NCBI GenBank assembly: GCA_040218735.1
Contig: JAVJQW010000058.1
Location: 64,001 to 128,000 of the forward strand
DNA length: 64,000 nt
Origin: Deltaproteobacteria bacterium
Lineage (GTDB): Bacteria > Myxococcota > Kuafuiibacteriia > Kuafuiibacteriales > Kuafuiibacteriaceae
Reading direction: 5' to 3'
In this document: one piece after another, positions 44,381 through 55,525 of the stretch
Numbering within the stretch: the first letter of the stretch is position 1
Layout of the letters: each line of letters opens with the position of its first letter
The notes under the pieces: model-generated
The model's input: only the letters and a program-made list of their open reading frames with translations
Database searches by the model: none
Told to the model about the DNA's origin: nothing
Made by a program: the position numbers and the translations under genes

Positions 44381-46633
44381 GTGACCGATGCCCACAGTTG
44401 GGCTAACCTCCCGCCGATGGTCGCAGCTGGGGATCGTCTAGGGGGGCATCTGCTCGTCGAGTCGATCGGTGCCCGCGGACCGACGACGGTCTGGCTCGCG
44501 CGCTCGCCGGCGGGCGAGCAGGTCCTCATCGACGTCACACCCGTCGCGCCCGACCAGGTCGCGGCGCTCGGCGCGCGCCTCGAGCAGGACCTCGATCGCG
44601 CCCGCGCCGTTCAGCACGAAAACGTCATGTCCGTCCTCGGCGCGGGGGTGGAGAAGGGGTGCCGTTACCTCGTCAGCGCCTATCGCGCCGGGCTCCTCCT
44701 CTCGGAGCTGATGGCTTCGGGGCGGGCGCTCGGCGTCGCGTTCTCACCGGGTGTCGCGGGGAGCATCGCGCGCCAGGTCGCCGGGGCCGTCGCCGCCGTG
44801 CACGCCGCGCTCGGTTCCGACGGTCTCCCGCGCGGGGCCCGGCACCACGAGCTCACGCCGGCGCACGTCTTCGTCGGGGAGTCGGGCGTCGTTCAGATCG
44901 CAGAGTTGATGTGGGCGGGCGACTCGCAGGACCTCGTCACGACGGCGGGGATCCAGAGCACCGGCACCATCGCGTACCTCAGCCCTGAGGTCGCCTCCAC
45001 CGGACGCGGCGACGGGCGGAGCGACCAGTTCGCGATCGGCGTGATGCTCTACGAGATGCTGTCGGGGCGTCCGCTGTTCCACCGAACCTCGGATGTCGAC
45101 ACCCTCGACGCGCTCCGGACGAGCGAGATCCCCGCGCTCCCCGAGAGCGTCCCGTCGCGTCTCGCCGCGCTGACGATGCGGTGCCTTGCGCGCGACCCGA
45201 GTCAGCGCTTCGAGTCGGTCGATCTGTTGGAGGCCGCGTTGGAGTCCGCGACCGTCGATCAGCCCGACGCGGATCCGCTCGGCGTGGCGGGGCACGTCGC
45301 CGACGTCCTCGTCGCGCAGCCCCGCAAACAGAAGGGCCGCACCTTCCAGCTCTCGGAGGCGTCGCAGAGCGGTAAACCGGCGGCGGCTTCGGACGACCTG
45401 CCGACGCGTGTCACCCCGCCGAAGGACGGCGGCACCGATCCGTTCTTCGACGTCGAGCGCGACGGTGACGGCATCGACAACCCGCGCTTCGAGGTGCTCG
45501 GTCGGCTCGGGAGCGGCGGGATGGGTGAGGTCTACCGGGTGCGGGACCACGAGCTCAACGAGGTCGTCGCGCTCAAGCTGATCCCCGCGCACAACGCGAG
45601 TGAGCTGCACTCGATCGAGCGCCTCAAACGCGAGGTGCGTCTCGCGCGACGCATCGCGAGCGAACACGTCTGCCGCATCTTCGACCTCGTCGATCTCGGG
45701 CGCGGCTCGCGCGGTCTCACGATGGCGCTCGTCAACGGCACGACGCTCTCCGAGATGATGAAGCTCGGCGTCAAAGTCGACTACCAGCGGTTCGCGAAGT
45801 GGGGCGCGCACATCGCGCACGGGCTCGGCGCGGCGCACGCCGTCGACATCATCCACCGCGATCTCAAACCCGAGAACGTGATGATCGACGCCGAGGACCG
45901 CGCGATCATCCTCGACTTCGGGATCGCACGTTCGCAGGCGGAGGCGACCGAGGTCGACGGCAAGCTCACGCAAGCGGGCATCATCATGGGGACGCCGCTG
46001 TACATGTCCCCCGAGCAGCTCGCGAACCGGGAGCTCGACGGGCGCTCGGACCTGTACGCGCTCGGGCTGCTGCTCGCGGAGCTCATCACCGGGGAGGTGC
46101 CGGTCCCCGGCGACGGGTACGCGGACATCCTCGACAAACGCGTCATCAACGCGAGCGCGCACGACTATCGCTTGGGCGACGTCGACCCCGGCGTGCCGAA
46201 CACCCTCGCGCAGATCATCGACAGCCTCCTGCGCCCCGCCGCGGACGATCGCCCGGCGGACGCGAACGTTGTGCGGCGTGCGCTGGAGTCGTTCGTGGCC
46301 GGCGTGCCCGCGACGTCCGAGATCAGCGCGCCCCCCGCGCCCGTCGTCGCGAGCGAGCCGCCGGCCCCTTCGCCGCCGTCGCCACCACCGCCGAAGACGA
46401 ACCCCAACGCGCCCTGGTTCGGGGTGATGGCGGTGCTCGGCGTGCTCGTCGTGGTGCTCGGCGTGTGGTTGCTCCGACCGGACGCCCAGGCGATCGATCC
46501 GCCGCTCGTCACGCCGCCCCCCGTCGCGCGGGACGCGGGTGTGCTCGTGCGCGACGCCGGTGTCGAGCCGCCGCGCGACGCCGGGCCGAAGCGCACGTCG
46601 CCGCCGCCTCCGCCTTCTCCCGAAGAGATGTAG
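44381..46633 (+). CDS. Ser/Thr kinase with N-terminal pseudokinase domain and TM, 750 aa
   Basis: Second domain GSGGMGEV, VALK, HRDLKPEN, DFG, GTPLYMSPE; first domain degenerate. Confidence 0.92.
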   Translation: MTDAHSWANLPPMVAAGDRLGGHLLVESIGARGPTTVWLARSPAGEQVLIDVTPVAPDQVAALGARLEQDLDRARAVQHENVMSVLGAGVEKGCRYLVSAYRAGLLLSELMASGRALGVAFSPGVAGSIARQVAGAVAAVHAALGSDGLPRGARHHELTPAHVFVGESGVVQIAELMWAGDSQDLVTTAGIQSTGTIAYLSPEVASTGRGDGRSDQFAIGVMLYEMLSGRPLFHRTSDVDTLDALRTSEIPALPESVPSRLAALTMRCLARDPSQRFESVDLLEAALESATVDQPDADPLGVAGHVADVLVAQPRKQKGRTFQLSEASQSGKPAAASDDLPTRVTPPKDGGTDPFFDVERDGDGIDNPRFEVLGRLGSGGMGEVYRVRDHELNEVVALKLIPAHNASELHSIERLKREVRLARRIASEHVCRIFDLVDLGRGSRGLTMALVNGTTLSEMMKLGVKVDYQRFAKWGAHIAHGLGAAHAVDIIHRDLKPENVMIDAEDRAIILDFGIARSQAEATEVDGKLTQAGIIMGTPLYMSPEQLANRELDGRSDLYALGLLLAELITGEVPVPGDGYADILDKRVINASAHDYRLGDVDPGVPNTLAQIIDSLLRPAADDRPADANVVRRALESFVAGVPATSEISAPPAPVVASEPPAPSPPSPPPPKTNPNAPWFGVMAVLGVLVVVLGVWLLRPDAQAIDPPLVTPPPVARDAGVLVRDAGVEPPRDAGPKRTSPPPPPSPEEM

Positions 46634-46634
46634 C

Positions 46635-47261
46635 TCAGCCGGTCGCGCGCGGGATGTCGTCGGTGCCCGCGGGCGCCATCTCGCCGGTGTGGCTGATCAG
46701 CTGGTTGATCATCAGCGCCATCTCGATCCCCTCGGCGCTGGGTTGGAAGTCGATGCCGCCGATGAAGTTCATCGCGACGGCTTCGCCGAGCGCGTGGTCG
46801 AGGAACGTCGCGACGACGGCGAAGCGCGCGTCTTCGTCGAGCTTCAGTAGGCCATCGTGCAGGAAGCGCAGGTGGTAGATGCCTTCGTGCGAGCGGACCT
46901 GGAAGTGGGCGTCGGCGATGTCGAGGCCGTGGACCGCCTTCACGAACGCGAGCGCCGACTGGAGCGACTTGCGCTGCCGGCGGCTGTAGATCACCCAGGT
47001 GTCGAACGTCGGCGCTTCGGCGACGAAGCGATCGATGAACGACGCCGCGACCGGATCGCCGCACGGCGTGAACGTGATCTCGCCGCCGAACCTGCCCTCG
47101 GTGACTTCGTAGGTGATCGAGAGGCCATGTTTCGAGAGCGCGTCGTCGATCATCTCCGTGACCTTGCCGTCACGCCGCCCACCCATGATCTCCAGGATCT
47201 CGAGGTGATGGTCCGCGAACCACTGCCAAAAGCCCCGGATGTCGACCTGCGCCTCGCTCAT
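46635..47261 (-). CDS. Hypothetical protein, 208 aa
   Basis: Clean ORF; FWQWF start; LDHALGE motif. Confidence 0.75.
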   Translation of the reverse strand: MSEAQVDIRGFWQWFADHHLEILEIMGGRRDGKVTEMIDDALSKHGLSITYEVTEGRFGGEITFTPCGDPVAASFIDRFVAEAPTFDTWVIYSRRQRKSLQSALAFVKAVHGLDIADAHFQVRSHEGIYHLRFLHDGLLKLDEDARFAVVATFLDHALGEAVAMNFIGGIDFQPSAEGIEMALMINQLISHTGEMAPAGTDDIPRATG

Positions 47262-47318
47262 GCCCAGGGGGATCGATACCGGGCCCCCGGAGTCGAAAGC
47301 AAGTTCGTGACCGCGGCG

Positions 47319-48227
47319 TCAGTCGTCTCGGTGGGTTGCGACCGCGATCGCCAGCCGCGCGGCGAGCGCGGCGTTGTGCTCGACCAGCCGAATGTTCGTC
47401 GTGAGCACGTCTTTGGAGGCGGCGTCGAGCTTGGCCAGCAGGAAAGGCGTCAGCTGCGCACCTTTCACGCCCGCCGCTTCCGCCTGCGCCAGGGCCGCCG
47501 AAACCAGCCGCTCGGCCTCGTCCGACGGCATCGCCACCGGCGGCGGCTGCACCACGAGCATCCCGCCCGATGCGAGCCGCTCGGTCTGCATGATCACGAG
47601 CGCCGCGAGCTTCGCGACGTCGTCCACGCGCGATCGCAGCGGCAGACCGCTCGACGCCGAGTAGAACGCCGGGAAGTCGTCCGTCCCGACGCCGACGACC
47701 GGCACCCCGAGCATCTCGAGCCGCTCCAAGGTGCGCGGCAGATCGAGCACGGCCTTCGCACCCGCCGACACCACCGCGAGCGGGTACCGCGCGAGCGCGA
47801 TGAGATCCGCCGACTCGTCGAACGTCGTCTCCGCGCCGCGGTGCACACCACCGATGCCACCCGTCGCGAACACCCGCAGACCGGCGCGCGCCGCGACGGC
47901 CATCGTCGACGCGACGGTGGTCGCCCACACGCCGCCCTCGATCATCGCGACGGCGAGGTCTCGGACCGACGCCTTCTTCGCGCTCCCGTCGATCACGCGC
48001 GCACGTTGCTCGGCGGTCAGGCCGACGTGCTGCTTGCCGTCGATGATCGCGATCGTTGCGGGGGTCGCGCCGGCGTCGCGCACGATCGTCTCCAGGCGCG
48101 TCGCGACCTCTTCGCGACGATCGGGCGGGAGCCCGTGCGCGAGGAGCGTCGACTCGAGCGCGACGACGCCGCGTTGTTCGGCGATCGCGTCTTCGACTTC
48201 TTCGGTGAAGGAGAGGAGGGGCAGCAT
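47319..48227 (-). CDS. psuG: Pseudouridine-5'-phosphate glycosidase
   Basis: VALESTLLAHG, ATTVAST, FATGGIGGVHRG, DESADL, GAKAVLD, TPFLL. Confidence 0.95.
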   Translation of the reverse strand: MLPLLSFTEEVEDAIAEQRGVVALESTLLAHGLPPDRREEVATRLETIVRDAGATPATIAIIDGKQHVGLTAEQRARVIDGSAKKASVRDLAVAMIEGGVWATTVASTMAVAARAGLRVFATGGIGGVHRGAETTFDESADLIALARYPLAVVSAGAKAVLDLPRTLERLEMLGVPVVGVGTDDFPAFYSASSGLPLRSRVDDVAKLAALVIMQTERLASGGMLVVQPPPVAMPSDEAERLVSAALAQAEAAGVKGAQLTPFLLAKLDAASKDVLTTNIRLVEHNAALAARLAIAVATHRDD

Positions 48228-48751
48228 CAGTCGAGCGCCGAGCGGATCATCTGCGCGAGCTCGATCGTCTCGGGGGCGTCGGCCCAGTTCTTCAGCGCTT
48301 CGAGGCGTTGAATGAGGAGCATCCGGTTCGGCTTCTTGCCCTCCTCGACGATGTCGAGGAGCTTCTCGAGCACGGGTTTCAGGAGCGCTTCGTCGCGGAC
48401 GTCCAGCAGGCTCATCAACAGCCGCGCGTCGTCCGGGAGCGGGAGCTCTTTCTTCAGGTAGGCCGCGAGCGTCTTCTTCGACGGATCCTTCTTGAGGGCC
48501 TCCGTCAGCTCGCGCTTCTCCTTCGACTCCTCGCTCGCGGGGCCGAGCGTCGCGCGCATCGACTCCGGCAGCTCGGCGCCGCCGGGTTTGAACAGCGCGT
48601 CGAGGTTCGACTTGTACTTGGAGTACGCGGCCGTCTTGCTGATGCGCTCCCGGTTCCAGGCCTCCGGGTCTTTGCGTCGACCGCCCCCGCCGCTCTTGTC
48701 GCGTTGCTTGTCCAGCTCGCGCCAGCTCTTCTTGGGGCGGTCGTCGCTCAT
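48227..48751 (-). CDS. Hypothetical protein, 174 aa
   Basis: KKSWRELDK start; coupled to psuG. Confidence 0.75.
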   Translation of the reverse strand: MSDDRPKKSWRELDKQRDKSGGGGRRKDPEAWNRERISKTAAYSKYKSNLDALFKPGGAELPESMRATLGPASEESKEKRELTEALKKDPSKKTLAAYLKKELPLPDDARLLMSLLDVRDEALLKPVLEKLLDIVEEGKKPNRMLLIQRLEALKNWADAPETIELAQMIRSALD

Positions 48752-48760
48752 GCGGGCAGT

Positions 48761-49120
48761 CTACTTCTTCTTGCCGGTGCGCGCCCCGACGTCGCCGAAG
48801 AGGGCGGACAGCTCGACGTTGTCCTTCTTCTTCGTGGTCAGGATCGCGTTCACGGCGCGGTGGATCTTCTTGCGGGCGACGCGCGAGACGGGCGACCCGG
48901 CGAGGGCGATGTCCATGGTGCGCTTGGTGACGCCGCGGCCGTACTTGTCGACCTTCGGGGTCTCGGCGTCCGCGTAGGACTTCTTCGCACGGCGGGCGGC
49001 GGCGCGAGCGGTGTTCTTCGCGCGGTCGGCGTCCGAGTAGGCTTCCATCCCCTGGGACTGGACGATGACGGCCTCGGCCGTGATGTCGTTCGAGCTGAGG
49101 AAATCGGTCAGGTTCGACAT
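48761..49120 (-). CDS. Small basic hypothetical protein, 119 aa
   Basis: Lys/Arg/Ala-rich clean ORF. Confidence 0.7.
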   Translation of the reverse strand: MSNLTDFLSSNDITAEAVIVQSQGMEAYSDADRAKNTARAAARRAKKSYADAETPKVDKYGRGVTKRTMDIALAGSPVSRVARKKIHRAVNAILTTKKKDNVELSALFGDVGARTGKKK

Positions 49121-50231
49121 GGGAGGCGCGACTTTACCGGCGGGGTCCGCGCTGTCAACCTCCACTCGCGTGTACGCCGAGCTGGCCCGCGATCTGTTCA
49201 CCGGCGCCGCGAGCCCGGCGTGGGCGACCCGCAGCGCCCGGACACGTGAGCTGCTGGAGACCGTCTACGGGCCCCGCCCCGAGCTGCGCGAGGACATCCC
49301 GCTCGCGCGCCCGAGGCCGATCGTCGCGCCCGCCGCCGCGCGCAAGCGGCTCGGCGAGCTCGTCTTCGAGATCGCGCGCCACCTGGTCGCCGGGCGGTTC
49401 TCGCGGGTGTCGCGTTTCTTCGACGACACGATGTGGGTCCTGTGGCCGGACAACCAGCTCGTCTGCCACGCGGGGGACGAGGTTCGCTTCAAGCTCACCG
49501 ACCGACCCAACCGACTCGGCATCGTGCCTGCCAAGCTCAAGTCCTACGCCGGCGCCGAGGCGAAGGCCGCGTTCGCCCGCGGCGTCCCGGAGGCGCTCGA
49601 CGCGCTGTTCCCGCTGTCGAGCCACCTGATCTACACGTTCGAGGCCCGGCGCTTCGGGCGCGTGCTGTTCGCGGTCCGACCGATCGAACAGACCTGCCGG
49701 ATCGCATCGCTGTTCCTCCCCTCCGTCGACGACGCTTGGGCGTTCTCGGTGCGAACGTCGCTCGACGAGGAGGCGCCGCTGCGCATCACCCAGAACCTCG
49801 TGCGGCGGACCGTGCTCGGGCACTTCGCCGGCCTGCAGGCGATGGCGCTCGACGTCATGCCCACGCTGTGGGTGCAGGACCAGGCCATCCCTCGCGACCA
49901 CTTCATCGCGGCCGCCGGCGCCGGGCCGCATCGGCTGGAGGGGGGCGAGCAGATCTTCGGCGCGTCGGCGCCGCTCGATGGTGAGCCCGCCGAGACGCTC
50001 GGGCCGCTGCTGAAGACGATCGAGCGCGCGGCGCAGACGCACTGGCACACGTCGCTCGAAGCGTTGCGCCCGCGGTGGGTGCAGACGCCGGTGGCGCAGA
50101 TCGATCCCGAGAGCCTCGGGGTCATGAGCGAGCGCCACGTCGTGACGCTCGTGCTGCGCACGCTCGAGGACGACGGCACCGGCGACGAGCGGGAGCGCTG
50201 GCGCGTCGGCGGTTGGTTCGAGCTCGGCTGA
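49065..50231 (+). CDS. Hypothetical protein (true start probably downstream of 49120)
   Basis: Long ORF with plausible composition; 5' end overlaps divergent gene. Confidence 0.6.
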   Translation: MTASAVMSFELRKSVRFDMGGATLPAGSALSTSTRVYAELARDLFTGAASPAWATRSARTRELLETVYGPRPELREDIPLARPRPIVAPAAARKRLGELVFEIARHLVAGRFSRVSRFFDDTMWVLWPDNQLVCHAGDEVRFKLTDRPNRLGIVPAKLKSYAGAEAKAAFARGVPEALDALFPLSSHLIYTFEARRFGRVLFAVRPIEQTCRIASLFLPSVDDAWAFSVRTSLDEEAPLRITQNLVRRTVLGHFAGLQAMALDVMPTLWVQDQAIPRDHFIAAAGAGPHRLEGGEQIFGASAPLDGEPAETLGPLLKTIERAAQTHWHTSLEALRPRWVQTPVAQIDPESLGVMSERHVVTLVLRTLEDDGTGDERERWRVGGWFELG

Positions 50232-50346
50232 CCGCGTTTTCAGCTCGCAGCTCGCAGCGCGCAGTCGGCAGCCGGATCTCGGCGCCTCCGCCGAGATGGT
50301 GTCGCGCGAGCTCTTGCTCCCGTCGGCGGGCTCCGTCGAAACGAAG

Positions 50347-50380
50347 AAAGGCGACCCGAGCGCGTGCCCGAGTCGCCTTT
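50347..50380 (-). terminator. Rho-independent terminator
   Basis: AAAGGCGAC...GTCGCCTTT stem followed by a U-rich tail on the minus strand. Confidence 0.7.
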
Positions 50381-50404
50381 CAAGAGACGAACTATCGACC
50401 GAGG

Positions 50405-50803
50405 TCAGGCCATCGCGAGGCCGGCACCGCCGCCGGAGAGGCCGCCGCCCAGCGCGCCGCCCAGCATCTGCGTGAGCTGCGGGTTGCCCTGGAGCGCCGC
50501 CATCACGGCCTGCGGGTTCTGCTGCGCGAGCTCACGGAGCTTCCGCATGATGTCCTCGACGGACAGACCCGCTTCGCCCGCGCCGCCGTTGCTACTGGCC
50601 TGTTGCGCACCCTGCGCGCCGCCTTGCCCGCCGCCGCAGCTCTGGCAGCCTTGGCCCTCGCCGTTCGCTCCGAGGAGCTGGGCGAGCTGCTCGACCAGCT
50701 GCTTGGCCATCTGACCCATCGGGCCGTTCGGTCCGAGCGCGTCCTGGAAGTTGTTCCCTCCGATCCGCAGCCCGTTCGAGCCATTCATTCCTGGAATTGC
50801 CAT
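50405..50803 (-). CDS. Gly/Gln/Ala-rich hypothetical protein, 132 aa
   Basis: RBS AAGGA before ATG 50803; own terminator. Confidence 0.7.
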   Translation of the reverse strand: MAIPGMNGSNGLRIGGNNFQDALGPNGPMGQMAKQLVEQLAQLLGANGEGQGCQSCGGGQGGAQGAQQASSNGGAGEAGLSVEDIMRKLRELAQQNPQAVMAALQGNPQLTQMLGGALGGGLSGGGAGLAMA

Positions 50804-50931
50804 TCGTTTCGTCCTTACTCGGCGTCCATCCTTGGACACCGCGTCCGGTGGTTGTGGTGGTCTTCGAGTTATCGGAGCGGGCGCCGAGGCGTTGCGCGAA
50901 TCTCTGAGAAAAACTCAATGATACTAGTGGG

Positions 50932-51678
50932 TTATGATGCGACATGTGGGACGAGGTCGCAGATCTCGGCGACGGCGCCCTCCAGCCCGAGTCCGGACGT
51001 GTCCACGTGGTGCTCCGCCTCCGCGTACAGCGCGGACCGCCCCGCGAGGAGGGCCTCGAGCTCGGCCATCGCCGACGGACGGTTCTCCATCGGCCGCAGG
51101 TCACCCTGCGCCATCACCCGCGCGTAGTGCTCTTCGGGATCCGCGCGCAGCCAGATCGTACGTGCGCGGGCGCGGAGCATCCCCCACGACGCCGCGTCGG
51201 TGACCAACCCGCCCCCGGTCGCGATGACGATCCCCTCCGGGCCCGCCTCGGCGAGCACCTGCGTGAGGACCTCGCGCTCGAGGCGGCGGTAGTAGGAGTC
51301 ACCGTGGATCTCGAAGATCTGCGAAAGCGGCAGCCCGGCCGCTGCGGCGATCCGGTCGTCGAGCTCCAAGAACGGGCGCCCGAGGCGCTCGGCGACGCGC
51401 TGGCCGATCGTCGTCTTGCCCGCGCCGCGCAGCCCGACCAAGGCCAAGATCGGCCCGTGGCGCGCCCGGTCGAGCGGCGCGACGAGCTCCGCCATCGACA
51501 CCGACAGCGCCTCGCTCACCTGCAGCAGACGCCCGATCGAGATGTTCCCGCGCCCTCGTTCCAGATCCGACAGGAACCGCTCCGACACCCCCGAGCGCTC
51601 CGCGAGCCCGCGCAGGGTCTCGTTCTTCGCCATCCGCGCCGCGCGGACCGCCGCGCCGAGGGGAGCCAGCTCCGACAT
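50932..51678 (-). CDS. boxR: BoxR/BzdR-type regulator (XRE HTH + shikimate kinase-like domain)
   Basis: GVSERFLSDLERGRGNISI; GLRGAGKTT; RVMAQGDLRPM; divergent from boxC. Confidence 0.92.
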   Translation of the reverse strand: MSELAPLGAAVRAARMAKNETLRGLAERSGVSERFLSDLERGRGNISIGRLLQVSEALSVSMAELVAPLDRARHGPILALVGLRGAGKTTIGQRVAERLGRPFLELDDRIAAAAGLPLSQIFEIHGDSYYRRLEREVLTQVLAEAGPEGIVIATGGGLVTDAASWGMLRARARTIWLRADPEEHYARVMAQGDLRPMENRPSAMAELEALLAGRSALYAEAEHHVDTSGLGLEGAVAEICDLVPHVAS

Positions 51679-51683
51679 CGCAC

Positions 51684-51731
51684 GAACTATAGTGCATGAG
51701 AATCGAGCACAGCAAGCGATATATTGCTTGC
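51684..51731. promoter_or_regulatory. boxR/boxC divergent control region with two palindromes
   Basis: GAACTATAGTGCA (51684-51696) and GCAAGCGATATATTGCTTGC (51712-51731). Confidence 0.6.
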
Positions 51732-51764
51732 GTTACCCCCAGGAAACGATCTACGAAGGAGGCC

Positions 51765-53423
51765 ATGGCCGACTACGGTTCCGTCCCGGAGAAGCTCCCG
51801 CTCGACACTCACCCCGACCAGTACACGCACTGGAACCTCGCGTTCGACGGCCCCGTGGCCCGCCTCGAGATGGACGTGAAGCAGGACCAGGCCGCGCGCG
51901 AGGGTGAGTACATCCTCAAGCTCAACTCCTACGACCTGGGCGTCGACATCGAGCTGTACGACGCCGTCCAGCGCATCCGCTTCGAGCACCCGGAGGTGAA
52001 GGTGTTGCTCGTGACGTCTGCGCAGGACCGAGTCTTCTGCTCGGGCGCGAACATCTACATGCTCGGGAGCTCGACCCACTCGTTCAAGGTCAACTTCTGC
52101 AAGTACACGAACGAGACGCGCCTCGGACTCGAGGACCTCGCCGAGAACAGCGGCGTGCGCACCGTCGCCGCGTGCAACGGCACGGCGTCCGGCGGCGGCT
52201 ACGAGCTCGCGCTCGCGTGCGAGAAGATCCTCCTCGTCGACGACGGCAACTCCGCGGTCAGCTTCCCCGAAGCGCCGCTCCTCGCCGTCCTCCCCGGCAC
52301 CGGCGGCCTCACGCGCCTCGTCGACAAACGCAAGGTCCGCCGCGACCTCGCCGACGTCTTCTCGACGATCGCCGAGGGCGTCCGCGGCAAGCGCGCCGTG
52401 CAGTGGGGCCTCGTCGACGACGTCATCCCGCGCAGCAAGTGGGGCGACAAGATCGCCGAGCACGCGAAGACTCTCGCGGACGACACCGCCGAGCGCGCTG
52501 GCGCCGGCATCACGCTGAACCCGGTCAACGCGCGCTACGGCGAAAACGAGATCGCGTACGACTACGTCTCCGTCACGTGGGACGAGAGCACCAAGACCGG
52601 CAAGCTCCTGGTGAAGGGCCCCGAGGGCGACCAGCCGCAGGACGCCGCCGCCTTCCGCGCCGCGGGCGACCAGTCGTGGGCCGTGAAGATGTTCCGCGAG
52701 CTCGACGACGCGCTGATCCGCATCCGCTTCGAGCTGCCGCAGATCGGCTTCCTCGCGCTGCACACCGAGGGTGACATCGACGCGGTCTTGAAGGCGGAGC
52801 AGGGCGTGCTCGCGTCGCAGGACGACTGGCTCGGCCGCGAGATCCTCCACCTGATGAAGCGCACGCTGAAGCGCCTCGACCTCACGGCGCGCTCGATGTT
52901 TGCGTTCATCGAGCCGGGCTCGTGTTTCGCGGGCTCGATGCTCGAGATCGCGCTCGCCGCCGACCGCACGTACATGCTCGACGATCCGGATCAGCCGGTG
53001 CACGTCGCGGTGTCGCCGATGAACGGCGGGCCGCTCGTGATGAGCAACGGGCTGACGCGCCTCGAGACGCGCTTCCTCGGGAATCCGGAGCAGGTCGAGG
53101 TTGTACTGAAGGCCGAGGGTCAGCTGGACACCGAGACCGCGAACGACCTCGGTCTCGTCACCTACGCGCCGGACGATCTCGACTGGGAAGACGAGGTCCG
53201 CATCGCGGTCGAGGAGCGCGCGAACTTCTCACCGGACGCGATGACCGGGATGGAGGCGAACCTCCGCTTCGCCGGCCCCGAGACGATGGAGACGAAGATC
53301 TTCGGTCGTCTGTCGGCCTGGCAGAACTGGATCTTCCAGCGGCCCAACGCGGTCGGCGAGAAGGGCGCGCTCACCTTGTACGGCAAGCAGATCAACCCCG
53401 TCTTCGACATGACTCGGACTTGA
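51765..53423 (+). CDS. boxC: 2,3-epoxybenzoyl-CoA dihydrolase
   Basis: KLNSYDLGVDIEL, KVNFCKYTNETR, LPGTGGLTR, IFGRLSAWQNWIFQRPNA; RBS AAGGAGG. Confidence 0.96.
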   Translation: MADYGSVPEKLPLDTHPDQYTHWNLAFDGPVARLEMDVKQDQAAREGEYILKLNSYDLGVDIELYDAVQRIRFEHPEVKVLLVTSAQDRVFCSGANIYMLGSSTHSFKVNFCKYTNETRLGLEDLAENSGVRTVAACNGTASGGGYELALACEKILLVDDGNSAVSFPEAPLLAVLPGTGGLTRLVDKRKVRRDLADVFSTIAEGVRGKRAVQWGLVDDVIPRSKWGDKIAEHAKTLADDTAERAGAGITLNPVNARYGENEIAYDYVSVTWDESTKTGKLLVKGPEGDQPQDAAAFRAAGDQSWAVKMFRELDDALIRIRFELPQIGFLALHTEGDIDAVLKAEQGVLASQDDWLGREILHLMKRTLKRLDLTARSMFAFIEPGSCFAGSMLEIALAADRTYMLDDPDQPVHVAVSPMNGGPLVMSNGLTRLETRFLGNPEQVEVVLKAEGQLDTETANDLGLVTYAPDDLDWEDEVRIAVEERANFSPDAMTGMEANLRFAGPETMETKIFGRLSAWQNWIFQRPNAVGEKGALTLYGKQINPVFDMTRT

Positions 53424-53441
53424 GAAAGAGGAGCTGAAGAA

Positions 53442-54854
<1,413 letters not shown>

Positions 54855-54972
54855 CCGGCCCGAACGATCCGGACGCGCCGGACCCACCGAACGAATCTCG
54901 AACGAATCGCGAACGCGCGCGCTACGGCGCACGGGTTCGCCGCTGGCGTGCTCTTTGCGAGGGCACGTCGGC

Positions 54973-55512
54973 ATGGATCGACTCTCGTTCGTCGCCCTCC
55001 TCACGCTCGTCGCTTGCGGCGGCACCAGCCCCTTCGACGGTCTCGACGGGACGCAGCCCACGACGGGCGCGCGCGCCGCAGACTGCTCCATCGACGGGAC
55101 ACACGCGTACGTGTTCGCGCTCGGGCCGTTCATCGCCCAATGCGAAGAGGGCACGGTCGAGTCGATGTTCGAGCGCGCCTCGGACGGGACCCTCGACATC
55201 ACGTACGACGCCGCCCTCGACGAGGTCCACGTCGTCGGCCCGTTCGGTGCGAAGCTCGAACGGGCGGAGGTCGTGCTGAAGGTGACGCCGGACGCTGCGG
55301 ATCGCTACGTCGGCGAGCGCTCCGTCCACACCCAGAACCCGTACGACGCGCGCTTCGATCCGATGCGGTACACGTTCCGCGTCGAGCTCCCGCGGGACCT
55401 CGTGAGCGCGGACACGTGTCAGCGGCAAATGACCGTACTGCCTACGGTCGGGTTCCCCGGAGGGTTCTGGTGCGACGCGCCCGTCGCCGTGTACCTCGAC
55501 GCAGTGCCATAG
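54973..55512 (+). CDS. Putative lipoprotein, 179 aa
   Basis: LVA-C lipobox. Confidence 0.7.
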   Translation: MDRLSFVALLTLVACGGTSPFDGLDGTQPTTGARAADCSIDGTHAYVFALGPFIAQCEEGTVESMFERASDGTLDITYDAALDEVHVVGPFGAKLERAEVVLKVTPDAADRYVGERSVHTQNPYDARFDPMRYTFRVELPRDLVSADTCQRQMTVLPTVGFPGGFWCDAPVAVYLDAVP

Positions 55513-55525
55513 TGATGCCGACGCG

